NCBI GenBank assembly: GCA_001788965.1
Contig: MFXU01000004.1
Location: 1-47,329 of the forward strand
DNA: 47,329 nt
From: Candidatus Peribacteria bacterium RIFCSPHIGHO2_02_FULL_51_15
GTDB taxonomy: Bacteria; Patescibacteriota; Gracilibacteria; Peribacterales; Peribacteraceae
Reading direction: 5' to 3'
The translations under genes and the position numbers were made by a program. Positions within the stretch are counted from its first letter, which is position 1, and the number at the start of each line of letters is the position of its first letter. The notes beneath the pieces are model-generated. The model searched no databases and was not told the DNA's origin. It saw nothing but the letters and a program-made list of their open reading frames with translations. Shown here piece after piece: positions 33,531 to 42,049 of the stretch.

Positions 33531-33726
33531 TTAGAAGAAAAGATCATGCAAACACATGTCTGCGCTAGTACTATATACTATTTTCATTTTTTTTGTATAT
33601 GTTCAAATAATTAGTACAAAAAGCTATTTCGTCACAATCAATTCCGCTTGTACAAGGGTAAATGTTGCAAAAAGGTTAATGAGTTTCTATAACGGTCTTA
33701 ATTTCTACCACTTCCCTCATTTTATT

Positions 33727-33981
33727 ATGAATCAGAAGTCCCCACTTTGCACGCTCGTGTGCGTACTTCTAGTCATCGGCGCCCTCAACTGGGGCCTCCA
33801 GGGTCTGGGCTTCCTGGTAAGCGGGGCAAACTGGAACGTCGTGAATCTGCTTCTGGCCAAATGGCAAACAGCGGAAGCCGTTGTATACGTAATAATCGGT
33901 CTTGCCGGACTTTATAAGCTCATCGTTTGGGGCAAGTGCTGCGGCAGTTCATGCTCGGCCCCCGGCCAACCCTCGGCCTGA
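33727..33981 (+). CDS. DUF378-family small membrane protein
   Basis: 84 aa from the ATG at 33727. GALNWGLQGLGF motif, two TM helices, Cys-rich tail. Confidence 0.6.
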   Translation: MNQKSPLCTLVCVLLVIGALNWGLQGLGFLVSGANWNVVNLLLAKWQTAEAVVYVIIGLAGLYKLIVWGKCCGSSCSAPGQPSA

Positions 33982-33999
33982 TGTAACCATCGAAAAAGA

Positions 34000-34029
34000 A
34001 AGCCTCCTTTTCTCTGGAGGCTTTTTTTA
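34000..34029 (+). terminator. rho-independent terminator
   Basis: AAGCCTCC - TTTTCTCT - GGAGGCTT followed by TTTTTAT. Confidence 0.75.
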
Positions 34030-34169
34030 TTTCACAAATTCCCGGTCGGGTAATGGGTCAAATCCTCCCGATTGAAATAAAATATCAAAGAAAGATCGCA
34101 AATGGATTGAATTCATCGACACTTTTCTCCCGTAGTTTTGGATTTGATCTCAGGTAATTTTGGCATCAG

Positions 34170-35594
34170 TCAGTTGACAAACTGTTCCACACTCAGGCTG
34201 TTCGGCTGGCTGACTCCGTCTTTTTTTATTTCGGATATCCGTTCATCCGCCGCGTCATAAGCGAAATCATAGGAAATGTCCCGGCCTCCCTCGGCGCGGA
34301 ACACGCCCGTTATTCGCACGCTGTCGGGCTGGTCTTCCAGTATTTTTATGGACGTGAGAGCCGATTGCATAAATCCGTTGCCTAAGATGAGGATTCGGGC
34401 TTTCGAAACGAGCTGATCATTTGTGAATTTTATCTCTCCGACATATTTAGCCGGTGATTCTCCGGAGTAATCGGCTTGCCTGATCTCGAAGCTATCACGC
34501 CTTACGATGCGGAAATCTTCATCGATTTTGGCTTGAATTTCATCGCCGAACAAAGGTTTGAGAATCGGCAATAACCGGTTTATTTCTTCTTCCCATATTT
34601 GCGCCTGTTTCGGGTAGCCGGCTTGCAAATATCCGGCCGGAATATTCGGCGTGACGTTGTGCATTATGCCGAATGCAACACCTGGGTCACTGGCCATGAC
34701 TTCGACCATCCGGTCCGACCAGATCTTTACCAGGCCGGACACAACAGGCTTCCTCGTAGAATCGGCGACCTGAGGCAAGGCATGCGGCAAATCCACGTAA
34801 ATATCCGATCCCGGCACCCGGCCCAGGATCAGTTTTGCGGCATCACCTGTGATCCGTTCTCCTTCCTGGATCAACCTGATTGTCACAAGCTCTTCCAATT
34901 CCGGAAAAGCACTGGATCTGACAAGCCGGTAAATCAACTCCACCCGGTCAACATCGTATAAACCGTCCTTCCGGATCTCCTTCCCAATCAGCCCTTCCCC
35001 CGAAATGGCCGGATTGTCTGCAATATCATTCGTGCCGATTGTCGCATCATCTGCATTCTCAAGCGTCTCAAAATTTATTTTTTCGTTTGCCAGCCATTCA
35101 GCCGGGAGAGGAGCTCTCCTGCCCGCCCCAGTCTCGAATACAAGCTGATACCCCGGCGGCAAAATCCAGCTTTTCCCGCCACTTTTTACCAGCATGGAAG
35201 CAGTCAAAGATACGATCGTGTTTTTCTCCGGCCCGGTCATCAACATGAAGTCTGTATCCATAGCGAAAGCTTTCACATCGCCGACACTCGCCTCTACCTG
35301 ACCAAATGCTCGTACATGGGCGGTTCCGCGGTTTAATTTGATCTTGTTTCCCCGGCCAAAAATATCGATCCTGCTCTCCGGTTCCAACCGCCCGTTTAGT
35401 GTGGAAGAAACGGAGAAATCGCGCGGCTTGGCTTCCGATTTTATAACCCAAACATCTGCGCTGGATCCGGCAGAGGCCCGCACGGGAACAATTTTCCCCA
35501 GTCCGGCCAACAACACCATACTCAAAACCATCAGCGGCATCGCGACGAAGTGGCGATGGTATCTTTTGGCCAGTTGGGTTTTTATGTTGGTCAA
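34170..35594 (-). CDS. secreted or membrane-anchored hypothetical protein (FecR-like N-terminal region)
   Basis: 474 aa. N-terminal TM/signal anchor, then a beta-rich segment resembling a FecR-type domain. The rest is unrecognised. Confidence 0.45.
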   Translation of the reverse strand: MTNIKTQLAKRYHRHFVAMPLMVLSMVLLAGLGKIVPVRASAGSSADVWVIKSEAKPRDFSVSSTLNGRLEPESRIDIFGRGNKIKLNRGTAHVRAFGQVEASVGDVKAFAMDTDFMLMTGPEKNTIVSLTASMLVKSGGKSWILPPGYQLVFETGAGRRAPLPAEWLANEKINFETLENADDATIGTNDIADNPAISGEGLIGKEIRKDGLYDVDRVELIYRLVRSSAFPELEELVTIRLIQEGERITGDAAKLILGRVPGSDIYVDLPHALPQVADSTRKPVVSGLVKIWSDRMVEVMASDPGVAFGIMHNVTPNIPAGYLQAGYPKQAQIWEEEINRLLPILKPLFGDEIQAKIDEDFRIVRRDSFEIRQADYSGESPAKYVGEIKFTNDQLVSKARILILGNGFMQSALTSIKILEDQPDSVRITGVFRAEGGRDISYDFAYDAADERISEIKKDGVSQPNSLSVEQFVN

Positions 35595-35647
35595 TCTGTA
35601 TATTCTAGCAGATATAAGCCATTTTTTCCATAGACAACATGGTAACT

Positions 35648-35836
35648 GCTCACTGACCTTGTAGGAGGTGTCGCTAAACTTGTCGCCTCACCCCCGGCCC
35701 CTCTCCCTCGCTTGTGCTCGGGGGAGCTTCGCTTCACCTCCGAATGAAGTGTGATACGGATTCCTCTCTCCCCCATCGGGAGAGAGGTGGCGTCGCAGCG
35801 CCGGAGTGAGGGCGAATGGCCGCAAGGTCAGTGAGC
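35648..35836. repeat. composite nested palindrome
   Basis: Outer IR GCTCACTGACCTTG / CAAGGTCAGTGAGC, middle IR TCGCCTCAC / GTGAGGGCGA, inner hairpin CCTCTCTCCCCCATCGGGAGAGAGG (35763-35787). Confidence 0.75.
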
Positions 35837-35849
35837 ACTTACACAACAT

Positions 35850-35931
35850 GGAGGAAACCGAAGAGTCCGATGAAACCGATGAAAGCTGCTTTTCCTCGGA
35901 CTCTTCGGTTTCCTCGGTTTCTTCGGATTCC
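35850..35931. repeat. F-family periodic-arm palindrome (F1)
   Basis: Arms have GAAACCGA/AGAGTCCGA-type 8-9-nt units and their complement. Core is GAAAGCTGCTTTTC. Confidence 0.8.
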
Positions 35932-35976
35932 CTCTCGAACATGGAAAACATCCACGAACCCCGCTACTCTTTCATC

Positions 35977-36471
35977 ATGCGCATCCTCGGTATCGATCCC
36001 GGGCTTACCGCCGCCGGTTTGGGTTTGATCGAATGCCGAAACACCGAGACAGCGGTCGTCGAATGGCTGACGATAACTACTGAAAAAACTTTTTGCCTGT
36101 CGGAACGGCTGGGTGAGCTGGCGAGAGATCTGCGGACATATCTCAAAGAAACAAACCCGGATCTGGCCGTCGTGGAGAAACTCTTTTTCGCCGCGAACCG
36201 CCGCACAGCTATGGACGTTGCCCATGCGCGGGGAGTGATACTGCTTACTCTCAGAAACGAAAACATCGACGTACTCGAAGTCACGCCGCTCGAGCTGAAA
36301 ACGGCGATAGCCGGAGACGGCACCGCCGACAAACGCCAGATGCAGGAAATGGTGAAGAGACTGCTCAAATTGAATGAAATCCCCTCCCCCGCCGATGCCG
36401 CGGACGGTCTGGCTCTCGCTCTGTATGGCGCTTATTGCAGCAGGAACAAAGGGGCATTATTGACGGTTTGA
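35977..36471 (+). CDS. ruvC: crossover junction endodeoxyribonuclease RuvC
   Basis: MRILGIDPGLTAAGLGLIE start, with a later ADAADGLALALY motif. The N-terminal extension in the track runs through repeats and was rejected. Confidence 0.85.
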   Translation: MRILGIDPGLTAAGLGLIECRNTETAVVEWLTITTEKTFCLSERLGELARDLRTYLKETNPDLAVVEKLFFAANRRTAMDVAHARGVILLTLRNENIDVLEVTPLELKTAIAGDGTADKRQMQEMVKRLLKLNEIPSPADAADGLALALYGAYCSRNKGALLTV

Positions 36472-37563
36472 TATCACCACCCCTTTATTGACTTCCCAAA
36501 CAGCGGTATCTCTGTATATCGGAACCTGATGCGTCGAAGTGATCAAAACCTGGTTCCCGGACAACGCTTTCAGAAGCGCTTCCTGATGCCTGTCATCCAG
36601 CTCCGAAAGCACGTCGTCAAGCAACACAGTCGGCCGTTCGCCGGAAACCTCTGCCAAAATATCAGCGCTTCGAAGCAACAGAGCAAGCAGGCAGGTGCGC
36701 TGTTGGCCGCGGGAAGCGAATTTCTCGAGTGGATGTCCGCGAAGCACCAGATGCCAATCATCCCGGTGAGGACCGACAGTAGTGGTACAAAGCATCAAAT
36801 CTATGTCTATCGATCCGGAGAGAAAGGTCTGAAATTCTTTTTTCAGCACCGAGGCTTCCGTTGCCTGAGTTTTTCTTTCATAAACCATCAGCGCATCATC
36901 GGACTCTTCACTGAGCAATGCCAGCGACGTTTTCAAACCGACGTTAAAAAGGCCGATGATTTTTATCCGGCGCAGCTGCACTTCAGCCGCGGTATGCGCC
37001 AGCTGATCATCCCAAAGCGTCACTTCGTTTTTTTCAGCCTGACCTTCGGAAATCCTTTTTAGAAGCGCGTTGCGTTGCCTGAGAAGCCTATCATATTCGA
37101 CCCTCAGACTCGTATAATTATCGTCGGTTTGGGAGATGAGAATATCGAGAAAACCTCTCCTGTGCTGCGGTGCACCGGTGAAAAGATCCAGATCCTCAGG
37201 CAGGAAAATCACGGTCTTGAGCGCCCCCACGAATTTAAGCAGCGGCAGGCGCACATCATTTATAAATGTCGCACATTTGCGCCGCGGAGCCCGTTGCCAG
37301 ACATATTCCAGGCTGCAAGCCGAACTGTCTGCCATTTCACCTTCGGCCCGGATGCGGAAAAAATCCGCCCCCCACCGGAGCACGTCATCCGGAGCGGCCT
37401 TTAGACACGACCGGCCATAAGACAAAAAAGAGAGCGCTTCGATCAGGTTCGTCTTGCCGCCGCCGTTCGGCCCGACGAACACATGCCGCCTGGCATTTCC
37501 AAGAGACAACGCGAGCCGATCATATGACCGCATATTTTCCAGTGACAGGGATTTAATTCGCAC
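36457..37563 (-). CDS. recF: DNA replication and repair protein RecF
   Basis: Walker A GPNGGGKTNLIEAL, Walker B VLLDDVLSELD. GTG start. The 3' end overlaps ruvC convergently by 15 nt. Confidence 0.9.
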   Translation of the reverse strand: MRIKSLSLENMRSYDRLALSLGNARRHVFVGPNGGGKTNLIEALSFLSYGRSCLKAAPDDVLRWGADFFRIRAEGEMADSSACSLEYVWQRAPRRKCATFINDVRLPLLKFVGALKTVIFLPEDLDLFTGAPQHRRGFLDILISQTDDNYTSLRVEYDRLLRQRNALLKRISEGQAEKNEVTLWDDQLAHTAAEVQLRRIKIIGLFNVGLKTSLALLSEESDDALMVYERKTQATEASVLKKEFQTFLSGSIDIDLMLCTTTVGPHRDDWHLVLRGHPLEKFASRGQQRTCLLALLLRSADILAEVSGERPTVLLDDVLSELDDRHQEALLKALSGNQVLITSTHQVPIYRDTAVWEVNKGVVISNRQ

Positions 37564-37614
37564 ACACGGATTGTAGATAAAGAATCAAGAATTTTACATT
37601 TTAAATTCTACATT

Positions 37615-38076
37615 CTACATTTCTTCGTTTTTACTTTTTTTCCCAAATTCATCTAATACTGAATAAATTACATCCAAATATTCCTTTCGCTTTATGAATT
37701 CCTTTAATCCCTCCCGAGTCACCCATCTGTAATCATTTATTTCCGAGTTATCCACTTTTATCACAGGCTCTACGTCGATTTTCACGACTACAAAACTTAA
37801 TGTTTGGCCGGAATTCGCGGCTTTGAAACGCTCGATGTATTCCGGCGGAAAATCGTAGCTGTAAGTTATCCGGCTCATAAAATCGATTCCGCTTATTTTC
37901 AACCCTGTCTCCTCGCGAAGTTCCCTTTTGGCCGCTTCCCGGTCGCTCTCCCCGGCCTCTATCCCCCCCTGCGGCAGCTGCCAGGCATCGGCCAGGCGGG
38001 GCTTATGTACAAGCAATATTTCGGGTGACTTATCTTTCAGCGCTAAAATTGAAACAGCCTTGCGATATTTCTTCAT
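37615..38076 (-). CDS. NUDIX hydrolase (RppH-like)
   Basis: Nudix box GGIEAGESDREAAKRELREETGL. Confidence 0.75.
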   Translation of the reverse strand: MKKYRKAVSILALKDKSPEILLVHKPRLADAWQLPQGGIEAGESDREAAKRELREETGLKISGIDFMSRITYSYDFPPEYIERFKAANSGQTLSFVVVKIDVEPVIKVDNSEINDYRWVTREGLKEFIKRKEYLDVIYSVLDEFGKKSKNEEM

Positions 38077-38111
38077 GTTTTGGATTATACCTTTTTATGA
38101 AATATGCCAGA

Positions 38112-38203
38112 AAGAAACCGAGGAAACCGAAGAGTCCGAAGAGTCCGAGGAAATGCTGATAATCCTCGGTTTCGTCGGTTTCTTCGGCTTCTTCGGTTTC
38201 CTC
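38112..38203. repeat. F-family periodic-arm palindrome (F2)
   Basis: GAAACCGAGGAAACCGAAGAGTCCGAAGAGTCCGAGG - GAAATGCTGATAATC - CCTCGGTTTCGTCGGTTTCTTCGGCTTCTTCGGTTTCC. Confidence 0.8.
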
Positions 38204-38207
38204 TTTT

Positions 38208-38384
38208 TTAACTTGAGTGTTTCTCCTCCTTCAGCTTAACTTTGGTCTGTTTCCTGCAACGATTGCAAAATTTCTCAAGCGGCCGGAAATCGGCCTTTTT
38301 CGCTTTTGATATCCGGACCGTGGTCGTCCGGGCATTGCAATCCGTACAAAAGCCGGCGTAAACAGTCTTCTTGCCGCGTGGCAT
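38208..38384 (-). CDS. rpmG: 50S ribosomal protein L33 (absent from the supplied ORF track)
   Basis: My own translation gives MPRGKKTVYAGFCTDCNARTTTVRISKAKKADFRPLEKFCNRCRKQTKVKLKEEKHSS*. It has the CxxC...CxxC spacing and the KFC.RCRK.T block typical of L33. Confidence 0.7.
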   Translation of the reverse strand: MPRGKKTVYAGFCTDCNARTTTVRISKAKKADFRPLEKFCNRCRKQTKVKLKEEKHSS

Positions 38385-38396
38385 AGCCCGGAGACT

Positions 38397-39290
38397 CTAC
38401 TGTGAGACGGCAAGAAGCGCAAGACCCAGGAAAACCAGCATGAAACTGAGGAGTTTCGCGCGCACCGAATCGGCATCCAGCAGTTCCTTCGGAGTGAAAG
38501 ACGGCGTATGCCGATGGCATAACCATCCTAAGATCATCACTATAAACGGTTGGATATTGCCGACGATCGAAACCAGCGACAGCTGCCCGGTGCGATACGA
38601 GAGCGTTCCGAAATACTCGCCGAGAAAAAACAAACCGATCACCGAAGCAGCCATGAGGTAAAAGTGCGGACCGACTCGCGTATTGAGCGTCTTTACTCTC
38701 CGGCGCAAACTCGGTACAAACCAGACCCCGGAAAAGGAAAGCAGTTCGCGACCGATGAGCAGCCAGAAGAACACTGGCTCAATCGATAACCCGGCCGCCA
38801 TCGAAGCTTTTTTCGCAAGTGAAACCGGCACGTAGAAGATCGCCAGGCCCGTGAGCAGTGCCAGTGACCGGAATGTGATCAGGCGGCTGCGCTGAAGAGG
38901 CAGGAGCAGGGCTCCGCCAAGCACCAGCGCGGCGCCCAACCCCTGGTTAAAAGACCACGCTTCATCGAAGAGCAAAAATCCCGCAATACTGAGCAAGATC
39001 GTCAGAATTGCCCACGCCAGACTGCTGATGGATGCGTCCACCCGCTCCAAAATAAGGAAGAAATAAATGTCTCCGAGATAAGCCGCCATGCCGGCAAGCA
39101 TGAGCATCGGCCACCATGCTGTATGAACATCGATCAGCAGGGAAAGCAGAATGAGCGCCGGCACGGTAAAAAGCGACTGGCTCCAGAGCAAAATCAGAGG
39201 ATGTTTCTCGTACCGTTTGACCAGCGAAGAGTCGATTACGCTGATCCCGGCCCACGCCGCAGTCGCAGCCAGAACAAGTGGGAACCACAT
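38397..39290 (-). CDS. EamA/DMT-family transporter
   Basis: 297 aa, about ten TM helices in two repeated halves. Confidence 0.7.
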   Translation of the reverse strand: MWFPLVLAATAAWAGISVIDSSLVKRYEKHPLILLWSQSLFTVPALILLSLLIDVHTAWWPMLMLAGMAAYLGDIYFFLILERVDASISSLAWAILTILLSIAGFLLFDEAWSFNQGLGAALVLGGALLLPLQRSRLITFRSLALLTGLAIFYVPVSLAKKASMAAGLSIEPVFFWLLIGRELLSFSGVWFVPSLRRRVKTLNTRVGPHFYLMAASVIGLFFLGEYFGTLSYRTGQLSLVSIVGNIQPFIVMILGWLCHRHTPSFTPKELLDADSVRAKLLSFMLVFLGLALLAVSQ

Positions 39291-39307
39291 TGGGGGAAGT
39301 ATACATA

Positions 39308-39431
39308 AAAGGTAAGGAAGGTAAGGGAAGTAAGGGAGGTGACGAAATAAAAGAAAGCGAGATACCTTCCTTGCTCTCCTTACTTCCGTACCTTCCTTAC
39401 TTTCCTTACCTTCCTTACCTTCCTTACCTTT
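39308..39431. repeat. K-family periodic-arm palindrome (K2)
   Basis: GGTAAGGAAGGTAAGGGAAGTAAGGGAGG - GTGACGAAATAAAAGAAAGCGAGATACC - complementary CCTTACNT units. Confidence 0.8.
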
Positions 39432-40373
39432 CTATGCCATTCCCCCTTTATGCCCGTTCCCCTGCAGATAATTGAATACGCTGTTTGCCGCTACCGATCC
39501 TTCGCCGGCCGCCGTGGCGAATTGGGCGAAGTGATTGCTCCCGCTAGTCAGATCGCCGGCTGCGAAAACTCCCGGCACATTGGTACCCTGGCCGGCATCG
39601 ACTTTCAGGAAACCCATCTTGTCGAGCTCACAGACGAGCTTCTGCGGCAGCTCCACCGCAGGATCGGAGCCGATTTCGATGAACACCCCATCAAGCTTCA
39701 GCTCATCCGAGCCTTCGAACGGTTTGTCGAGCTTCACCGCATTTACTTTTTGATCTCCCAAAACCTGAACCACATTCCGCTCCAAAACGAATTTAATGTT
39801 TAGCCGGCTCTTTACCTGGTCGATCCAGTACGGCTCTGCCCGTAAATCTTTGCGGCGATGAATCAGGTAAACGGTCTTGGCCACCTGCGCCGCTATGGCC
39901 GCGCCTTCGACCGCACTGTCCCCGCCTCCGATGACCGCCACTGTCTTCCCGCGGTAAAAGAACGCATCGCACGTGGCGCAATAAGTCACACCTTTTCCCG
40001 AGAATTCTTTTTCGCCGGGTATCCCGAGCTTCCGCTTCACCGAACCCGTGGTGAATATCACTGTCCGGCCGTCGACGGTTTCACCGCTCCCGAGAGTCAG
40101 GCGAAAACCGCCGTCAATCAAAGCCACTTCTTTCACAAAAGAAATTTTATATGTAACCAGATCACCGAAGCTCAAAGCGTGTTTTTTGAAATTCTCCATT
40201 AAATCCGGACCCTTTATTTCGATGTTTCCGGGCCAGTTTCCCACTTCGGCCGCCGTATTGCCCATACCACCTTCTTCGGCTCCAACAAGATACGTTTTCA
40301 GCTTGTACCTTGCCGTGTAAATCGCCGCGGTGTAACCAGCACTTCCGAGACCGATTATGAGAACATCAAACAT
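39432..40373 (-). CDS. trxB: thioredoxin-disulfide reductase
   Basis: GLGSAGYTAAIY FAD motif, redox centre CATCDAFFY, NADPH motif GGGDSAVEGA. Confidence 0.9.
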   Translation of the reverse strand: MFDVLIIGLGSAGYTAAIYTARYKLKTYLVGAEEGGMGNTAAEVGNWPGNIEIKGPDLMENFKKHALSFGDLVTYKISFVKEVALIDGGFRLTLGSGETVDGRTVIFTTGSVKRKLGIPGEKEFSGKGVTYCATCDAFFYRGKTVAVIGGGDSAVEGAAIAAQVAKTVYLIHRRKDLRAEPYWIDQVKSRLNIKFVLERNVVQVLGDQKVNAVKLDKPFEGSDELKLDGVFIEIGSDPAVELPQKLVCELDKMGFLKVDAGQGTNVPGVFAAGDLTSGSNHFAQFATAAGEGSVAANSVFNYLQGNGHKGGMA

Positions 40374-40377
40374 ATTT

Positions 40378-40460
40378 GATAGATATAAGATATAAGATGA
40401 AAGATATAAGTACTTATATCTTATGTCTTACATCTTACATCTTTCTCACATCTTACATCT
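40378..40460. repeat. T-family periodic-arm palindrome
   Basis: GATATAAG/GATGTAAG-type octamers (ATATAAGATATAAGATGAAAGATATAAGTA) face CTTATATCTTATGTCTTACATCTTACATC. Confidence 0.75.
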
Positions 40461-40514
40461 TTTTTTAAGTAGGAATCTTGAAATTTTATTTTTTCTCAAA
40501 CGTATCATTTCCAC

Positions 40515-41144
40515 ATGATACTTCCGTTCCAATCCCGAACGGCAGCCGGGCGGATCCTCGCCGGAAAACTGGGAGAATACGCCGGAAAAAAAGACACGAT
40601 CATATTGGGGCTGGTGCGCGGAGGAATCGAGATCGGAGCCGCATTGTCCTCGATATTGAAGCTGCCGCTTCACCCTTACATCGTCCGAAAACTGGGACAC
40701 CCATCCCACCGTGAATACGGAATCGGCGCCATCGGCGAAGGCGGCGCCACTTACCTGGATGAAAAAACGATGCGCAGCCTGGATCTGGAATGGGAAGACA
40801 TGGAACCGGTGATCGAGGAGGAGATGCTGGAACTGAGGCGCCGGAAAGAGGCTTATTCTGCAAATAAAAGACCGTCTTTTCTCGGAAAATCAATAATCCT
40901 GACCGACGATGGCGCCGCAACCGGCGGCACGATGTTCGCGGCCGTGGAAGACCTGCGCAAAGCCGGCGTTCAAAAAATCGTCATCGCGCTCCCCGTGAGC
41001 CCACCGGGTATCGAGGATGAATTTTTGAGAATTGCGGACGACGTGATAATTCTCGCCACCCCCGAACCGTTCGAAGCTGTCGGCAAGTGGTATGTGAGTT
41101 TTCCGCAGCTGACGGATGAGGATGTATTGCAATTACTCAAATGA
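40515..41144 (+). CDS. phosphoribosyltransferase-family protein
   Basis: 209 aa. PRTase motif SIILTDDGAATGGTM. Confidence 0.7.
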   Translation: MILPFQSRTAAGRILAGKLGEYAGKKDTIILGLVRGGIEIGAALSSILKLPLHPYIVRKLGHPSHREYGIGAIGEGGATYLDEKTMRSLDLEWEDMEPVIEEEMLELRRRKEAYSANKRPSFLGKSIILTDDGAATGGTMFAAVEDLRKAGVQKIVIALPVSPPGIEDEFLRIADDVIILATPEPFEAVGKWYVSFPQLTDEDVLQLLK

Positions 41145-41185
41145 ATCAAATCTGAAATCAATTTGATCGTGGGGGAGCACGATCC

Positions 41186-41212
41186 GGAAGCCTTAGGCTT
41201 CCATTCCTTTTT
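41186..41212 (+). terminator. rho-independent terminator
   Basis: GGAAGCC - TTA - GGCTTCC followed by ATTCCTTTTT. Confidence 0.7.
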
Positions 41213-41237
41213 CCGAATCGTCTGATCTCGCGCCTAC

Positions 41238-41948
41238 TTACTCGCGCGGCTTCTTGGCTGGCTTCTTGTTGATGCGGCGCGCCGGCTTGGTCGCCGGTTT
41301 CATCTGATGCTTGACCTTGCGGCCATGCTTCTTGGCCGGACGTTTCTTGGCCGTCTTCTTCCCGACCTTCGGCGGTTCGGCCATCGGTGCAACCACAGGC
41401 TTGTCAGCAACCGGCCGCTTGGGTACCGTCATCATGTTGTCGGGGACCAAGGGAATGCCCATCCTGACTGCCTGCCTTAGCACCGCATTCCTTGTAATGA
41501 AGGTCTCGGCAAGCCGGCATGCAACCTCGAGAGGCAGAATGGTCGGTAGGGTGTCTCCGGGCTGAAGGTCATTGCAGACGTGATACGACGCATCACGCGG
41601 GACCAACACCTCCACAACGGTGAATTTCACCTGTTGCGACAGGAGTATCACTACGCATCCGCTGTCCAGGTAGAGGTTCGGCTTTACACCGGTAAACACG
41701 ACAACTCCCTCGAGCTCCAGGATCGCCGTGTCGTCATTCACGGTTTGGTGTGCTTCCACACCATCTTCATTCCTCACGGACAATTGGAGAAGGTTTTGAA
41801 GGTTTTGTGCAGTGACTGCGATACGTACCCCACGCGGCCCATGATGCTGGGAAATGTGATACCCCTCGCACCCGAACGGGAACGCACATCTCACGGACTC
41901 TTGTCCTGCGACGCCAGCCAACGTCCTAATCAGTTCGTCTCTAAACAC
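41238..41948 (-). CDS. hypothetical protein with a histone-H1-like lysine-rich C-terminal tail
   Basis: 236-aa ORF, clearly GC-richer than its neighbours. The tail is KKTAKKRPAKKHGRKVKHQMKPATKPARRINKKPAKKPRE. The N-terminal ~180 aa are unrecognised. Confidence 0.5.
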   Translation of the reverse strand: MFRDELIRTLAGVAGQESVRCAFPFGCEGYHISQHHGPRGVRIAVTAQNLQNLLQLSVRNEDGVEAHQTVNDDTAILELEGVVVFTGVKPNLYLDSGCVVILLSQQVKFTVVEVLVPRDASYHVCNDLQPGDTLPTILPLEVACRLAETFITRNAVLRQAVRMGIPLVPDNMMTVPKRPVADKPVVAPMAEPPKVGKKTAKKRPAKKHGRKVKHQMKPATKPARRINKKPAKKPRE

Positions 41949-42005
41949 GGCAGAACTCCTTGTTCTGAAGTCAGAAAGTGTTCGGTAATTTCAATGTGCT
42001 CCCCC

Positions 42006-42049
42006 ACTGTATCCTCATTCATCGTTTGTGCTCCCCCACAAACAATGAA
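42006..42049. repeat. two copies of GTGCTCCCCCAC, inverted relative to GTGGGGGAGCAC at 41169-41180
   Basis: 12-mers at 42006-42017 and 42038-42049. The partner at 41169-41180 sits in the hairpin GATCGTG-GGGGAG-CACGATC. Together they bracket the 41238-41948 ORF. Confidence 0.7.

Noticed and set aside
38231-38526. Track ORFs of 81 and 83 aa on the minus strand.
   Set aside because: Both are out of frame with, and overlap, the convincing L33 reading frame at 38208-38384. Their sequences look random.
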